Below are positions 1 to 9,889 of a stretch of 64,000 nucleotides of DNA, one piece after another. Location of the stretch: positions 68,240 to 132,239 of the forward strand of contig JBMYRF010000020.1 of NCBI GenBank assembly GCA_049602075.1, given 5' to 3'. Below the pieces are notes generated by a model. That model had not been told where the DNA came from and did no database searches. It worked only from the letters and a program-made list of their open reading frames with translations. The translations under genes and the position numbers were made by a program. The DNA is from Rubripirellula sp. (GTDB lineage Bacteria > Planctomycetota > Planctomycetia > Pirellulales > Pirellulaceae). How positions within the stretch are numbered: the first letter of the stretch is position 1; every line of letters begins with the position of its first letter.

Positions 1-931
1 CAAACCCTCGCCCGTCATCACTCAGGTAAGTGAGCGTTCCGGGAGCGATTTGATTCTCAGGGATGTCATCTTGCCAACGGGTTGGGCTCTCTGGGTTTCG
101 GAAGGGTCGGCAAAATAGATTGTCGAATACCAGTCCGCCACCAGATACCTGGGTCAAGGACCCATTCATGGCTGCCGTACGGATATCTCGCTCACCTAAA
201 TCGGTCGCGATTTCACCCGCTGCGATCGTGTTGGACAAACCATCGAGAATGTCACGGAAGCGAGTCGTCATACGAGTCACGAACACGCCGCGGCCGGATG
301 CACGCATCTGTTGCGACAAGAAGTTCTCGGCCGAGTTAGGCTCACGGAGATAGTAATAAGGGATGCCGGTGTGATTCCAGCTACTCGCATCGCCAAGGCA
401 AGCGGCGTAGTTAGTTCGGCCGCCGGCAGGCAATCCGTTGCCCGGATCGCTTGGGCAGCGAAACGTAGGAATCTCAGTTCGCCAAGGAACGTACTGGGTT
501 CCGATCCCCCAGTTATGTGGCGTTGGACCCATCGCTGGCCATGGCTGGTCGATCGATCCAGGTCCCGTAGTCCGGCCGTCAACTCGTTCCGTGCTTGGAT
601 TGCTAATCTGCTCCCATAAAGCTTGCTGCTCGACGAAAGGTAGCAAACCAACCAAGTAACTCAAGGATTGCCGGTTCACTAGCGCATCTGGAAAACCGAA
701 AAAAGAGACGTTCTTTCCAGTACCCGCACCCTGCCGCGGCAACTGTTTGTACGTCGAATGATAATTGTGCATTCCCAAGCCAATTTGCTTGAAATTATTG
801 CTGCAGCTCATACGGCGAGCTGCTTCCCGGGCCGCTTGGACGGCTGGCAAAAGCAAGCCGACAAGCACGCCAATGATGGCGATAACCACCAGCAGTTCAA
901 CCAATGTGAACGCTGCTCGAGACTTTTTCAT
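1..931 (-). CDS. DUF1559 (SBP_bac_10) prepilin-type N-terminal cleavage/methylation protein; 3' end runs off the window
   Basis: Not in the ORF track because there is no stop in the window. Manual translation from ATG at 931: [60 protein letters not shown]...RCPSDPG...RTNY...[18 protein letters not shown] lies just upstream. Confidence 0.95.
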   Translation of the reverse strand, partial: MKKSRAAFTLVELLVVIAIIGVLVGLLLPAVQAAREAARRMSCSNNFKQIGLGMHNYHSTYKQLPRQGAGTGKNVSFFGFPDALVNRQSLSYLVGLLPFVEQQALWEQISNPSTERVDGRTTGPGSIDQPWPAMGPTPHNWGIGTQYVPWRTEIPTFRCPSDPGNGLPAGGRTNYAACLGDASSWNHTGIPYYYLREPNSAENFLSQQMRASGRGVFVTRMTTRFRDILDGLSNTIAAGEIATDLGERDIRTAAMNGSLTQVSGGGLVFDNLFCRPFRNPESPTRWQDDIPENQIAPGTLTYLSDDGRGF

Positions 932-967
932 AAAACGACCTCTTGAAAAAAGAACAAAAAAAACAGA

Positions 968-1156
968 CTAATTTCCTGGTGTGAAATCTGGTTTGAAATC
1001 ACCCTTGGCTTCTTCCATGCGGGCGTCTCTGTTCGCCTGAACTTCAGCGGACACGTCGCCCTGCACCACTGTGTTTTCTTCCTTGCCGCAACCGCTGAAA
1101 GCGATCGGCATAGCGAACAGAAACGAACCGAGTAGTAAATTCCGAGCAATATTCAT
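968..1156 (-). CDS. Small (62 aa) lipoprotein upstream of the DUF1559 gene
   Basis: Basic N-terminus, hydrophobic stretch and lipobox FSG-C. AGGA RBS upstream. Co-directional with the DUF1559 gene 36 bp downstream. Confidence 0.75.
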   Translation of the reverse strand: MNIARNLLLGSFLFAMPIAFSGCGKEENTVVQGDVSAEVQANRDARMEEAKGDFKPDFTPGN

Positions 1157-1859
1157 GAAGATTTATTCCTAGTGAAAACGGAAAAACTCTAGGATCAGAG
1201 GAAAATCACGAAGCGTCAACTCCTGAGCGTCCAATCCGAAGGAAAATAAGAAAAATTTATGTTCCTCAATTTCCGCAAATCAAGTCCTCCACACCCAACC
1301 CGATCCGACCCATAAGAGAACATTTTACGTACCGATCCGAACGATAATCGGATATTTTTGGAATTCACGCCAGGAATCGGCGATTTAGAGGGGTAATGCG
1401 TCACTGTCGGGGGGTAAGCTTCGCCTCCAGACGGACTTGGCGGCCAGCTCAAGTCGGTGACCTGCTCAATAATTGTGCATCCGGTTGGAATTGTGCATTC
1501 GATTGGCAGACTTTCGCTTCTGTGCACCAAAAGCTTAACGCGAGACTCTCGTTTTTTATCGGGGTATGAATCTGATCGGATAGCTCAACCCAAGTCTTTA
1601 TTTGGTATCTTGTCTGTATTTGGGAACTTGGTTGCTAGGCGTCATTCGCTCGTTGTTGGTAGCCGCACCAACGGTTGCACTGAAAAGTCCAGGTTTCACT
1701 ATTGAATCTGACGCTACGCGGGTGCCGAATTCTAAGGCTGTGACGGTTCAAACCGGCCTGATTGGGGAGCAATTTTTGCACAATGCTCGATACCTTGTGG
1801 CAACAGACTTTCAGCCAGTCGAACAATTCGATAAATTACCGCTCGCCGAGAGGTGACAC

Positions 1860-1934
1860 GGTGGCTGTAGCTCAGTTGGTTAGAGCATCGGATTGTGGTT
1901 CCGAGGGTCGGGGGTTCGAATCCCCTCAGCCACC
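1860..1934 (+). tRNA. tRNA-His (GTG)
   Basis: GTGGCTG/CAGCCAC acceptor stem, D-arm AGCTCAGTTGGTTAGAGC, anticodon arm TCGGA-TTGTGGT-TCCGA, T-loop GGTTCGAATCC. G-1 (1860) and C73 (1934) are the tRNA-His identity pair. The 3' CCA is not encoded. Confidence 0.97.
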
Positions 1935-2039
1935 CTTCTCCTAGATCGGCAGGGTTTTTGCGCATCTCAACTGACGCTCGCCTGGTCAACAGTAGCTCTC
2001 TGTACTAGCCAACCCCGGCCCATTGGGGCGTCCGCAGGC

Positions 2040-2090
2040 GTCCTTCTCGCCGGTTGGTCCTTCTCGCCGGTTGGTCCTTCTCGCCGATTG
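2040..2090. repeat. 17-bp tandem repeat x3 (GTCCTTCTCGCCGGTTG)
   Basis: Three adjacent copies, the third with one mismatch, between tRNA-His and the convergent TPR gene. Confidence 0.9.
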
Positions 2091-2193
2091 GTCTTGTCTC
2101 TCTTGGTGTTTCCGATCGACGGATCACAGTTTCTAGACATGACGGCGGGTGTCGATGTGCATCTTCTCGGCGAACCCCACGGAAGTTCAAGTG

Positions 2194-3681
2194 CTACGGA
2201 AGTTCGAGGTCGACACCGCACAAGACAAACGCTCGGTCGGGTTCAGTGGTTCCATCTCGTTGCCGTTCTTGACGAAGGCGTTCGATGTCGGCGTAGGCTT
2301 TGGCTGCTTGCGCAGCATCGATTTGTCCGCCCGATTGATCGAAGCTGACCCGCATCGCTCTCCAGGCAAGTGCCTCGAGTGGACGTTGTAATTGATCAAG
2401 TAAGTCAGCAAGCTTTCGCATTTCATCTGCGGTAACTGATCCGCCGGCAAGTTTTTTCCCAATCGTCTGTGTCTGACCGATTAGTTCGGCTCTTGCTGTG
2501 ATTCGGTCTGCGTCGTTTGACCGGTTGAGTGCTACCAAGGACTTGGCGAGCCATTGGTAAGCGTCTTGGTTCGTTGGGTCAGCGATGATGACCGAGGCGA
2601 GTGCTTTTGCCGCTTGATTGGCCTCCTCGATTTGTAATTGATAGACACCCCAGGCAAAGCTTGCCTCCGGATTGGCAGGGGTATTCGGGTACTCGCGTAG
2701 GGCCCACTGCTTCAATTTTTCTCGCTGTTGCTGCTGGGCGTAAATTCGACCCCGCATCGCAACGACTTCCTCTGTTTGCTCGCTGCGGTCGAGATCTCGT
2801 TGTGCCTTGTCCCATTCGCCCCGCCCTACCGCCGCTTGGGCACGTCCCAGTGGAGTGATGGGGTCCACGTTCTCAGGCAAGTTCATTTGATCGGAGAGTG
2901 GAATTGAAATCTTCAGCAACATCATCAGCTCAGGCAAGTTAATGTCACCGGAGGCGCAAAGCGACTGAAAGATTCTTGCCGCTTCCAGGCGTCGACCTTG
3001 ACGCAAAAACATCAATGCGAGTTGGCGGTCGATAAACGATTGCGAGGCGTCGTCGACCTCATGGCGGAGCGCTTGATATCTTTTTTCAGCCTCATCTGTT
3101 TCGCCCATTTCAACCAGCCACTCGGCAGTCTGCCCGATGGCTGGAAGCCAAGTTTCCGGGTGGGCCGCCGCCAAGCGGTCAAGCGTTCGAACCGCTTCGT
3201 GAAAACGCCTTCGGGCAGCCAGTCCGCGAGCGACCGTGAAAAGCACGTTGGGATCGTCGGGGGCGAGTTCTCTTGCTTGGAATGCCACTTTCAATGCAGA
3301 CTCAGTTTCCCCGGTTTCCAGTAGCTCAATGGCTTTTTCGACCAAGCTCTCTGGAGAGGCCAAACGCTCAGGAGAGGCGAGGCTATCGACAGAGAGTGGC
3401 ACTCCGGCGGTTGCTGGTGCAGTTGTTGCGGGGCTGGCGATTCGCTGTGAAACGCCAATTGATCCAGCCTCGGTTGTTTTCTCTGCTGGCGGGGCGATCG
3501 GCTCAAAAGGTTCGGGGGCAATTTGCTGATCAGCCTCGCTCCCGCAGCCGGCTATCATCAGGCCAAGCAGACTGGCCGCGAGCATGCCTGCGAATTTTCT
3601 AGCCGGATCGAACCCAGTGCCCGATCTTGGGAGGCCGTGATCGTTCCAATGGGAGGAATTTCGAAACGCGTTTTGCATCAT
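2194..3681 (-). CDS. TPR-repeat lipoprotein, homologous to the N-terminal half of the neighbouring FG-GAP/ASPIC proteins but without the FG-GAP domain
   Basis: 495 aa ORF with lipobox IAG-C and TPR-like helices (APDDPNVLFTVARGL, ADPTNQDAYQWLAKSL). Its LCASGD motif matches LCRQGD/LCKLGD of the paralogs. The start ATG overlaps the upstream stop (ATGA, 3678-3681). Confidence 0.85.
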   Translation of the reverse strand: MMQNAFRNSSHWNDHGLPRSGTGFDPARKFAGMLAASLLGLMIAGCGSEADQQIAPEPFEPIAPPAEKTTEAGSIGVSQRIASPATTAPATAGVPLSVDSLASPERLASPESLVEKAIELLETGETESALKVAFQARELAPDDPNVLFTVARGLAARRRFHEAVRTLDRLAAAHPETWLPAIGQTAEWLVEMGETDEAEKRYQALRHEVDDASQSFIDRQLALMFLRQGRRLEAARIFQSLCASGDINLPELMMLLKISIPLSDQMNLPENVDPITPLGRAQAAVGRGEWDKAQRDLDRSEQTEEVVAMRGRIYAQQQQREKLKQWALREYPNTPANPEASFAWGVYQLQIEEANQAAKALASVIIADPTNQDAYQWLAKSLVALNRSNDADRITARAELIGQTQTIGKKLAGGSVTADEMRKLADLLDQLQRPLEALAWRAMRVSFDQSGGQIDAAQAAKAYADIERLRQERQRDGTTEPDRAFVLCGVDLELP

Positions 3682-4970
3682 GGTTCAGGATGGATACGGA
3701 TCCAGTGGTCGTGGAATTCGGTTCCGTACTCATCAATCGTTGTGGAAGGCATGTGGCATTCAATGCAATTCGTGGTCGCCGAGACTGGGCAGACGGTGTG
3801 AGGCTTGGCTGACGATGTTTTGGTTGTTTTCGGTTCTGTCGCAAGCTCTGACGCTGTTGCCTCGGAGTGATGACACTCGATGCACTTATCGATGTAAACC
3901 TGAGGCTCGATCGCGGTGATCGTGGTATGGGGGTCGTGGCAGGTGGTGCATTTCAGCTGTCCCTCTGATTCGAGATAGCACTCGCTTCTCAGCAATCCGA
4001 TCGGCTGGAAACGTGTTAACGGTTTGGGGTACTCGCGAAGCTCTGTTTGTGAGATTGCGGCGGGCATCCGGTGGCAGTCGCCGCAAAGTTGAATTTCGGC
4101 TTCCGCATTCCAGTCTTGTTTGCCCACCGAAAATGGTGGAGGTGGATTCATGCTGCGGGCTTGTTGGACGTGCACGCTGCCGGGGCCATGGCACTTCTCG
4201 CAATTCACGTTGGGGGTCAGGTTAACGATCCCTTGGTTCTCAATCGTACCCGTCGTCACATGGCAATCGACGCATTTTCGCATGACTTCGCCAACGTGCT
4301 TTTGGCCGAAAAGTTCGCTCAATGTTTCTGGTTGGGTATGCAGCTGGCCGGGGGTGGCTCCCAATTGATCGCCATTGCGATACCACGACGCACGGTGCTC
4401 GATCCCGACAGTCCCTTCCTTTGGGTCGGGAACAAGCGACAAAAGTGTCATTCCATGATGGCCGGAACCGAGCGCATACTGCAGTTGAAAAGGTTGATCG
4501 CCAAACTTTGCTGGAATCTTGGCGAGCAATCCGTCTTTGCCAGATTCGTAGGTGTAAGTTCCATAGCCTTCCGGCGTGGTGTAGGTGCGTCCTGAGAATT
4601 TCTCGACAACTTCGGGTTCGTCTGCCGCGCGGAACGTGTGCGCGTGGCCGTGCGCGGCGTGTAGACGATGGTTCTCAGCGTGGCATTCCCCGCAAACCTG
4701 TTTGCCCACGTAGGTTGCATTATGGTTGAGCGATGTTTGCGCGGTGGTCGTGGCGATGCGATTGAGCTGATTGCCACTAACCGGTTCGACTGCCAGAGGC
4801 GAGTTCGTCTCAGGGGTTTCAGCGCCGACCGGCGGCTGAGCTCCAGCTGGCGATTCCCGCCAAAGGCTGATGTAAAAGACCGCTAAGGTGCTCGAAGCGA
4901 TCAGCGCGATAGAGGTTGAACGGCTCGGTTTCAAGGCTTTATTTGCTGTAGCGAGATCGACGGGAAACAC
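3678..4970 (-). CDS. Multiheme c-type cytochrome (7 CXXCH; cytochrome c554/c'-like N-terminal part)
   Basis: CGECH, CVDCH, CEKCH, CGDCH, CTTCH, CIECH, CIECH. N-terminal hydrophobic signal/anchor segment. Start codon uncertain. Confidence 0.9.
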   Translation of the reverse strand: MFPVDLATANKALKPSRSTSIALIASSTLAVFYISLWRESPAGAQPPVGAETPETNSPLAVEPVSGNQLNRIATTTAQTSLNHNATYVGKQVCGECHAENHRLHAAHGHAHTFRAADEPEVVEKFSGRTYTTPEGYGTYTYESGKDGLLAKIPAKFGDQPFQLQYALGSGHHGMTLLSLVPDPKEGTVGIEHRASWYRNGDQLGATPGQLHTQPETLSELFGQKHVGEVMRKCVDCHVTTGTIENQGIVNLTPNVNCEKCHGPGSVHVQQARSMNPPPPFSVGKQDWNAEAEIQLCGDCHRMPAAISQTELREYPKPLTRFQPIGLLRSECYLESEGQLKCTTCHDPHTTITAIEPQVYIDKCIECHHSEATASELATEPKTTKTSSAKPHTVCPVSATTNCIECHMPSTTIDEYGTEFHDHWIRIHPEP

Positions 4971-5061
4971 ACGCTCTCAATATACCGGCTCGACGGGATC
5001 TTCCCCATTGAACGAAAGGGATTTCCGCCCGAAAGGTCTCCCGGCTGGTTCTCCAGCAAAC

Positions 5062-5093
5062 AAAAAAACCTCGCCCACAAAGGAGCGAGGTTT
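5062..5093 (-). terminator. Rho-independent terminator downstream of the DUF1559 gene
   Basis: Minus strand reads AAACCTCGCTCCTTTGTGGGCGAGGTTTTTTTG: a GC stem (CCTCGC/GCGAGG) followed by U7, about 30 nt after the stop at 5122. Confidence 0.8.
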
Positions 5094-5121
5094 CTGAATG
5101 ATCGGCAAATGATCTTTAGAA

Positions 5122-6414
5122 CTACTGATTCAGTTGCTCTTCGATCGTTTCGCGGCCATTTCGGCTACCGAGTGCACCCCACAAACCGTAGGGGCTCTTG
5201 GCACCGGCGTTCCATGGGCGATTACTTCCCCAAGGATGGCCAATGGTTCGAGCACTCTGATCACCAGCTTCAATCGAGTCGGTGATGAAGACAACAGCAC
5301 CATCAGCCATCAGGATGTGAACACCACCTTGGTGACGGCTACTTGGCGGTGAAGTACCGACGTTGTCGTACCAGTGCGCGGTGCAAACTTCCGAGTTTGG
5401 AGGACGGATGGTGTGAACTGCGGTCATTGACATGGTTGCCCATGCCCAGTTCATGCCACGGCCAGCCTGTCCATCCATTAGGCGTCCTGGCTGGTTGCAG
5501 TTTTGACTGGTTGGGCCACACCAGAAATTCGGACGTTCTGGATCGATCCATTGACGTTCGACACAGAGCAGCGGATTGTCATCGACAACCCAACTTTGTG
5601 CGGGTGCAGCGAGTGCACTTCGCTTGTCGAGGTCGCCAAGGTCAGTGATGATTTCGCCACCAGCAACCGTGTTGGACAAACCATCCAGGATGTCACGAAA
5701 TTTAGTGTCTTTTCGCTTGGAGAAGACTCCACGGTCGGCAGCGGTGAAATATTTCGCACGCCAATTGTCACCCATGGTCAGGTTATGGTTCTTAGGACCG
5801 TGATCCCAAGTTTGGGTCCAAGAGTCACCCAGGCATACGCCGTAGTTGGTTCGACCGCCGGCTGGCAAGCCTTCGCCAGGATCGCTGGGACAGCGCAGGG
5901 TCGGAATCTCTGTAACCCAGGGAACAAACCGGCGTGATTCTTGACCGTTTCGATCGAGGCGTGGATTCGGCCCCATCGGTGGCCAGTAGCCGAGTTGGCC
6001 GGCTGCGCGTGGGAGAGGGTACGGGTTGCCGTTTGGATCGAGCGCTGTTTCCGATCCACCATTAGCGATTTTTTCCCAGAGAGCTTGTTGCTCCAGGAAA
6101 GGAGTCAGGCCAACTAGAGCGCTGAGCTCTTCGTTGTTCGTCGTGCTCGAGCCTTCCCACCAGGCATTGTTGCCGTCGAGAACGCCGAGGCCTGTGCCGC
6201 CGTAGTGGCGAGGCAATTGTTTGTATGCGGAGTGGTAGTTGTGCATTGCCAAGCCGACTTGCTTGAAATTGTTGCTACAACTCATCCGACGGGCTGCTTC
6301 GCGAGCGGCTTGTACAGCCGGCAGCAGAAGCCCTACAAGCACGCCAATAATGGCGATTACGACCAGTAGTTCCACCAGCGTGAAACCACTTGACGTCTTC
6401 CTGCGTAAAGACAT
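5122..6414 (-). CDS. DUF1559 prepilin-type N-terminal cleavage/methylation protein with C-terminal H-X9-DG motif
   Basis: G|[45 protein letters not shown] and [14 protein letters not shown] (H-X9-DG). GGAGG RBS. Confidence 0.96.
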   Translation of the reverse strand: MSLRRKTSSGFTLVELLVVIAIIGVLVGLLLPAVQAAREAARRMSCSNNFKQVGLAMHNYHSAYKQLPRHYGGTGLGVLDGNNAWWEGSSTTNNEELSALVGLTPFLEQQALWEKIANGGSETALDPNGNPYPLPRAAGQLGYWPPMGPNPRLDRNGQESRRFVPWVTEIPTLRCPSDPGEGLPAGGRTNYGVCLGDSWTQTWDHGPKNHNLTMGDNWRAKYFTAADRGVFSKRKDTKFRDILDGLSNTVAGGEIITDLGDLDKRSALAAPAQSWVVDDNPLLCVERQWIDPERPNFWCGPTSQNCNQPGRLMDGQAGRGMNWAWATMSMTAVHTIRPPNSEVCTAHWYDNVGTSPPSSRHQGGVHILMADGAVVFITDSIEAGDQSARTIGHPWGSNRPWNAGAKSPYGLWGALGSRNGRETIEEQLNQ

Positions 6415-6534
6415 CTAGTTCCTCCGAGAAATGAAAAAAAAAAGAGACAAGAAAGTTGACTGTAGCCCCAGGATTTGGTGCTTTACAACTCCATACTCTA
6501 CTAATCTAACCCCAATCCTACCTGGAAGGCCACG

Positions 6535-9500
6535 GTGTTAAGGGAATTTTATCGGCTTTTATGTCGAGGATATGTGGTTAATTGCGACCAAAGTGCTCCT
6601 TTGCGGTCGCTCTTAGGGACCTCGCTGGATTCGGGGGGTGTCCGTTTCCCCTTCTTGCCGTGTTTCAAGAAGCTCGGAAATTCGGGCCTTTGTCTGTGTT
6701 TCTTCACGTTTTTGGTCCTCATTTCACTTGGCTGCAATCGGGCAGCATCCGACCAATCCGGGAAGATCGAGCCAAAGGGAGCGCAGCGCGTCGCAGAGAG
6801 CCCGTTGGAGCCCGATCCGGCCGTTGCGATGCGGGCCGCCGTGGCGGCCCGCGATTGGCCGACAGCGGCCAAATATTCAAAGTTGGCTTTGATCGAGAGC
6901 CCAGAAGACCCCGACCTGATCGCGATGGCGGCCGCCATCACCGCGTTCCAAGGCAGGAAGCGGGAAGCTGCGAGGATGTTAGCAGAAGCTGCTCGCATCG
7001 CTGATTACCAGCCCATTTCCCGAGTCGAGATGGCTGTTAGCGGCTTGACGGGGGTTGGGGAGATCTATCCCGCGATTGAGCTGCTCGAAGCGTCGTTGCA
7101 AAAGCATCCGAATCGAAACGAGCATCGGCAGATGCTGGTCGGCTTTTGGAATGAGATGCAGCGAACCGATAAGATTCCGCCGCATCTGCAAAAACTGATT
7201 CAGCAGCGAAGTTTTTCGTTGGCATTGTTGGTGACAACGACGGAGACTGGCTCGCGGCGTTTATCCGAAAAAACCTCCGAACGTTTGGAGGAGCGGAACC
7301 CGGATGATTTGCGCAGTCGGCTCGCCGATGCCTTCGTCTTGCTATATCGGCGGAATGCGGCAGAAGCCGTTGAGATACTGCAGGAGATGTTGGAACGTCA
7401 TCCCGACTTCGCGCCCGCGCATGCGATGTATGGGCAAGCCTTAGTGGCATCTTTGCGATGGTCGGACATCCCTGCTTGGGTAGAGCAATCGGTCCCCGGC
7501 AGTCGCGACTTTGCCGATCACTGGCTGACTTTGGGCGACTTTGCGATGGAGCAACAGCAGCCGGCGCAAGCGGTGCGAGCCTATTGGGAAGCAACCCGCC
7601 GAGATCCAAACCAAAGCATTGCTTGGGATCGCCTTCGCCTTGCGATTCAGCGGTTACGAGCATCTGATTCGCCGCAGGCAACCGAAGTCACGGAACAGCA
7701 AGTCGCAGTGATCGCAGAGCACGCCAATAATTTGCTTGCTGCCCGCGAGGCATTCAACGATTTCACCGGCAGCATGGAGAGCCAAACCGGGGCAATGCAG
7801 TTAGCCGAAGCACTTGCGAAGGTCGGTCGGACCTGGGAGGCAGAAGCGTGGTCTGCGCTAGCTACGACGATGACGAAGCAGCCAAATAACCGACTGGAAG
7901 CGGTTCGCGCCGCGATCGTTGCGACGCTACAGCGTGATCCGAGTTGGTTTGCGAAGGAAACGCCAGCGCATCGGCTGGACTTTTCGGCTCTCCCCCTGCC
8001 TGTCATCAATGCCGGCCGGAGTGAACCAATCAATAATTTAATCGTGCCGCGGGTCGTCATGCATGATCACATTCTGATGAAGGACGTGACCAATCAGGTT
8101 GGGTTGCGCGGTGTGGGTGATGGGAACGATCCTTCGGACCCTCGCTTGGCGGCATTGATTCGATCGACAGGTACCGGTGGTGGATCGCTTGATTACGACC
8201 TGGATGGGTGGCCCGATTTGCTGGTGATGAATGCGGGTGGATCGATGTTGGAGATGGATTCTTTACCAAACCAGTTGATGCGAAATCTGGAAGGCAGGTT
8301 TGTCTCGGTTGGAAAGATCGCGGGCATTGATGACACGCATTATGGCCAGGGGTTAGCGGTCGGCGATTTCAACGAGGATGGGTTTGCAGATTTGTTCTTT
8401 GCTAACTTGGGTGAAAACCTCTTGCTGCGAAACAATGGGGACGGAACGTTTACCGATTGCACCGAGAATCTTGCTGGTAATCGAATCCGGTCCTGGTCGA
8501 CCTCCGGGGCGTTCGTTGACATGAATGGGGATGCGATCGCGGATTTAATCACGACTCAATACTGCCTCCCCGTTGCAAAACTGCCAGATCCTTGTGCCAA
8601 AGAAAACGGTGAATTAGGGCCATGTCATCCGCTGACGTTTCCGGCTGACACCGATCAGTTCTTTGCTGGTTCGCCAAGCGGTGAATTTGCGGAGGTTACC
8701 AAGCGATGGGTTGGCGATCCTGTGCCGGGACGGGGGCTCGGAGTCCTTTCGGGCGCGTTGGATGGGCGGTCGCTGGGGATTTTTGTCGCCAATGATATGT
8801 CCCGGAATTCTTTTTATGCGCAGGCAGATTTCAGCGACAGCAGTTCGAGCAAAATGAAGCTTGTGGATAGCGGTTCCGCCCGCGGTGTTGCGGTAGATGG
8901 CAGGTCACTCGCTCAAGCTTCGATGGGAATTGCCGCCAGTGATCTAGACCACGATGGCGATTTGGATCTCTACGTCACTGGATTCGGCCGCGAATACAAC
9001 ATCTACTACGAACAGATCGCGCCAGGGCTGTGGAAAGATGAAACGGCCAAGCTGAATTTGATCGAACCGACACTCTCTCTGGTTGGCTTTGGTACGCAGG
9101 CGATCGATCTCGATAATGATGGCATCGACGAGTTGGTGATCACCAACGGTAATATCGGTGAGTTTATGGACCCGGATCGTCCCTATGCGCAACCGATTCA
9201 GTTTTTTCGTCGCGATCGTGATGGGCGGTTCGCCGAACTCGACGACGATGCATGGGGTGAGTATTTTCGGACCAGTCACGTCGGTCGCGCGTTATGGATA
9301 AGCGATGTGAATCGCGACGGAAGCAATGATTTGGTTGTGACCCACACTCGCGAACAGATCAGCTTATTGGTGAACGAGTCGGCTGATCAGAACAATCGGA
9401 TCGCGTTTAAGCTGACTGCGACGCGAAACAGTCGCGATGCCGTAGGTGCGGTGATTCGTTTTACCGTTGACGACAAGCGGCGAGTGGTGTGGATGCTGTC

Positions 9501-9699
9501 AGGAGACGGCTACTTTTGCAGTAACGAAAAGACGTTGATCGCGGGTATCGGAGAAGCGAACGAGGTGACAGAGGTCTCTGTGACTTGGCAGGATGGCTCG
9601 GTCGATGAAATCGGTACGCTACCGGCGAATGCTCAGCAGTTGATTGTTCAGGGGTCCGGAGAAGCATTTACGCTTTTGCGTTACCCGGACGCCAAGTGA
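6535..9699 (+). CDS. TPR + FG-GAP (CRTAC1-like) + ASPIC/UnbV lipoprotein, paralog 1
   Basis: 1054 aa. Lipobox SLG-C, TPR region, Ca-blade motifs DYDLDGWPD, DFNEDGFAD, DMNGDAIAD, DLDHDGDLD, DLDNDGIDE, DVNRDGSND, and C-terminal SRDAVGAVI...GDGYFCSNE. True start is probably downstream of 6535. Confidence 0.92.
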   Translation: MLREFYRLLCRGYVVNCDQSAPLRSLLGTSLDSGGVRFPFLPCFKKLGNSGLCLCFFTFLVLISLGCNRAASDQSGKIEPKGAQRVAESPLEPDPAVAMRAAVAARDWPTAAKYSKLALIESPEDPDLIAMAAAITAFQGRKREAARMLAEAARIADYQPISRVEMAVSGLTGVGEIYPAIELLEASLQKHPNRNEHRQMLVGFWNEMQRTDKIPPHLQKLIQQRSFSLALLVTTTETGSRRLSEKTSERLEERNPDDLRSRLADAFVLLYRRNAAEAVEILQEMLERHPDFAPAHAMYGQALVASLRWSDIPAWVEQSVPGSRDFADHWLTLGDFAMEQQQPAQAVRAYWEATRRDPNQSIAWDRLRLAIQRLRASDSPQATEVTEQQVAVIAEHANNLLAAREAFNDFTGSMESQTGAMQLAEALAKVGRTWEAEAWSALATTMTKQPNNRLEAVRAAIVATLQRDPSWFAKETPAHRLDFSALPLPVINAGRSEPINNLIVPRVVMHDHILMKDVTNQVGLRGVGDGNDPSDPRLAALIRSTGTGGGSLDYDLDGWPDLLVMNAGGSMLEMDSLPNQLMRNLEGRFVSVGKIAGIDDTHYGQGLAVGDFNEDGFADLFFANLGENLLLRNNGDGTFTDCTENLAGNRIRSWSTSGAFVDMNGDAIADLITTQYCLPVAKLPDPCAKENGELGPCHPLTFPADTDQFFAGSPSGEFAEVTKRWVGDPVPGRGLGVLSGALDGRSLGIFVANDMSRNSFYAQADFSDSSSSKMKLVDSGSARGVAVDGRSLAQASMGIAASDLDHDGDLDLYVTGFGREYNIYYEQIAPGLWKDETAKLNLIEPTLSLVGFGTQAIDLDNDGIDELVITNGNIGEFMDPDRPYAQPIQFFRRDRDGRFAELDDDAWGEYFRTSHVGRALWISDVNRDGSNDLVVTHTREQISLLVNESADQNNRIAFKLTATRNSRDAVGAVIRFTVDDKRRVVWMLSGDGYFCSNEKTLIAGIGEANEVTEVSVTWQDGSVDEIGTLPANAQQLIVQGSGEAFTLLRYPDAK

Positions 9700-9889
9700 C
9701 CTGACGCGGGTAGGTTTGATTTGCTTGAGGCCGAGCCACCTCGGTCGCGGTCTGTGTGTGAAGTGCCTCTCTCATTTGGTGGCACCGCTGATCGGCGTCG
9801 GCGCATGAAAAAAGGAGCTGTACGTTCAATCCGTTACTGCAGTGACGGATCGTATGTCTCAGCTCCCCTGGGAATCACCAGCGAGGTGA

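Noticed and set aside
908-916. Ala instead of Gly at the -1 prepilin cleavage position of DUF1559 copy 1 as a sign of inactivation
   Set aside because: A|FTLVE is a common variant among planctomycete DUF1559 proteins, and the rest of the N-terminal helix is intact.
1809-1837. Sigma70-like promoter for tRNA-His (TAAATT -10)
   Set aside because: The -35 match (TTTCAG) is too weak to call from sequence alone.
1860-1934. tRNA-His as the attachment site of a genomic island carrying the FG-GAP cluster
   Set aside because: No integrase in the window, no duplicated tRNA 3' end noticed, and related DUF1559 genes lie on both sides of the tRNA.
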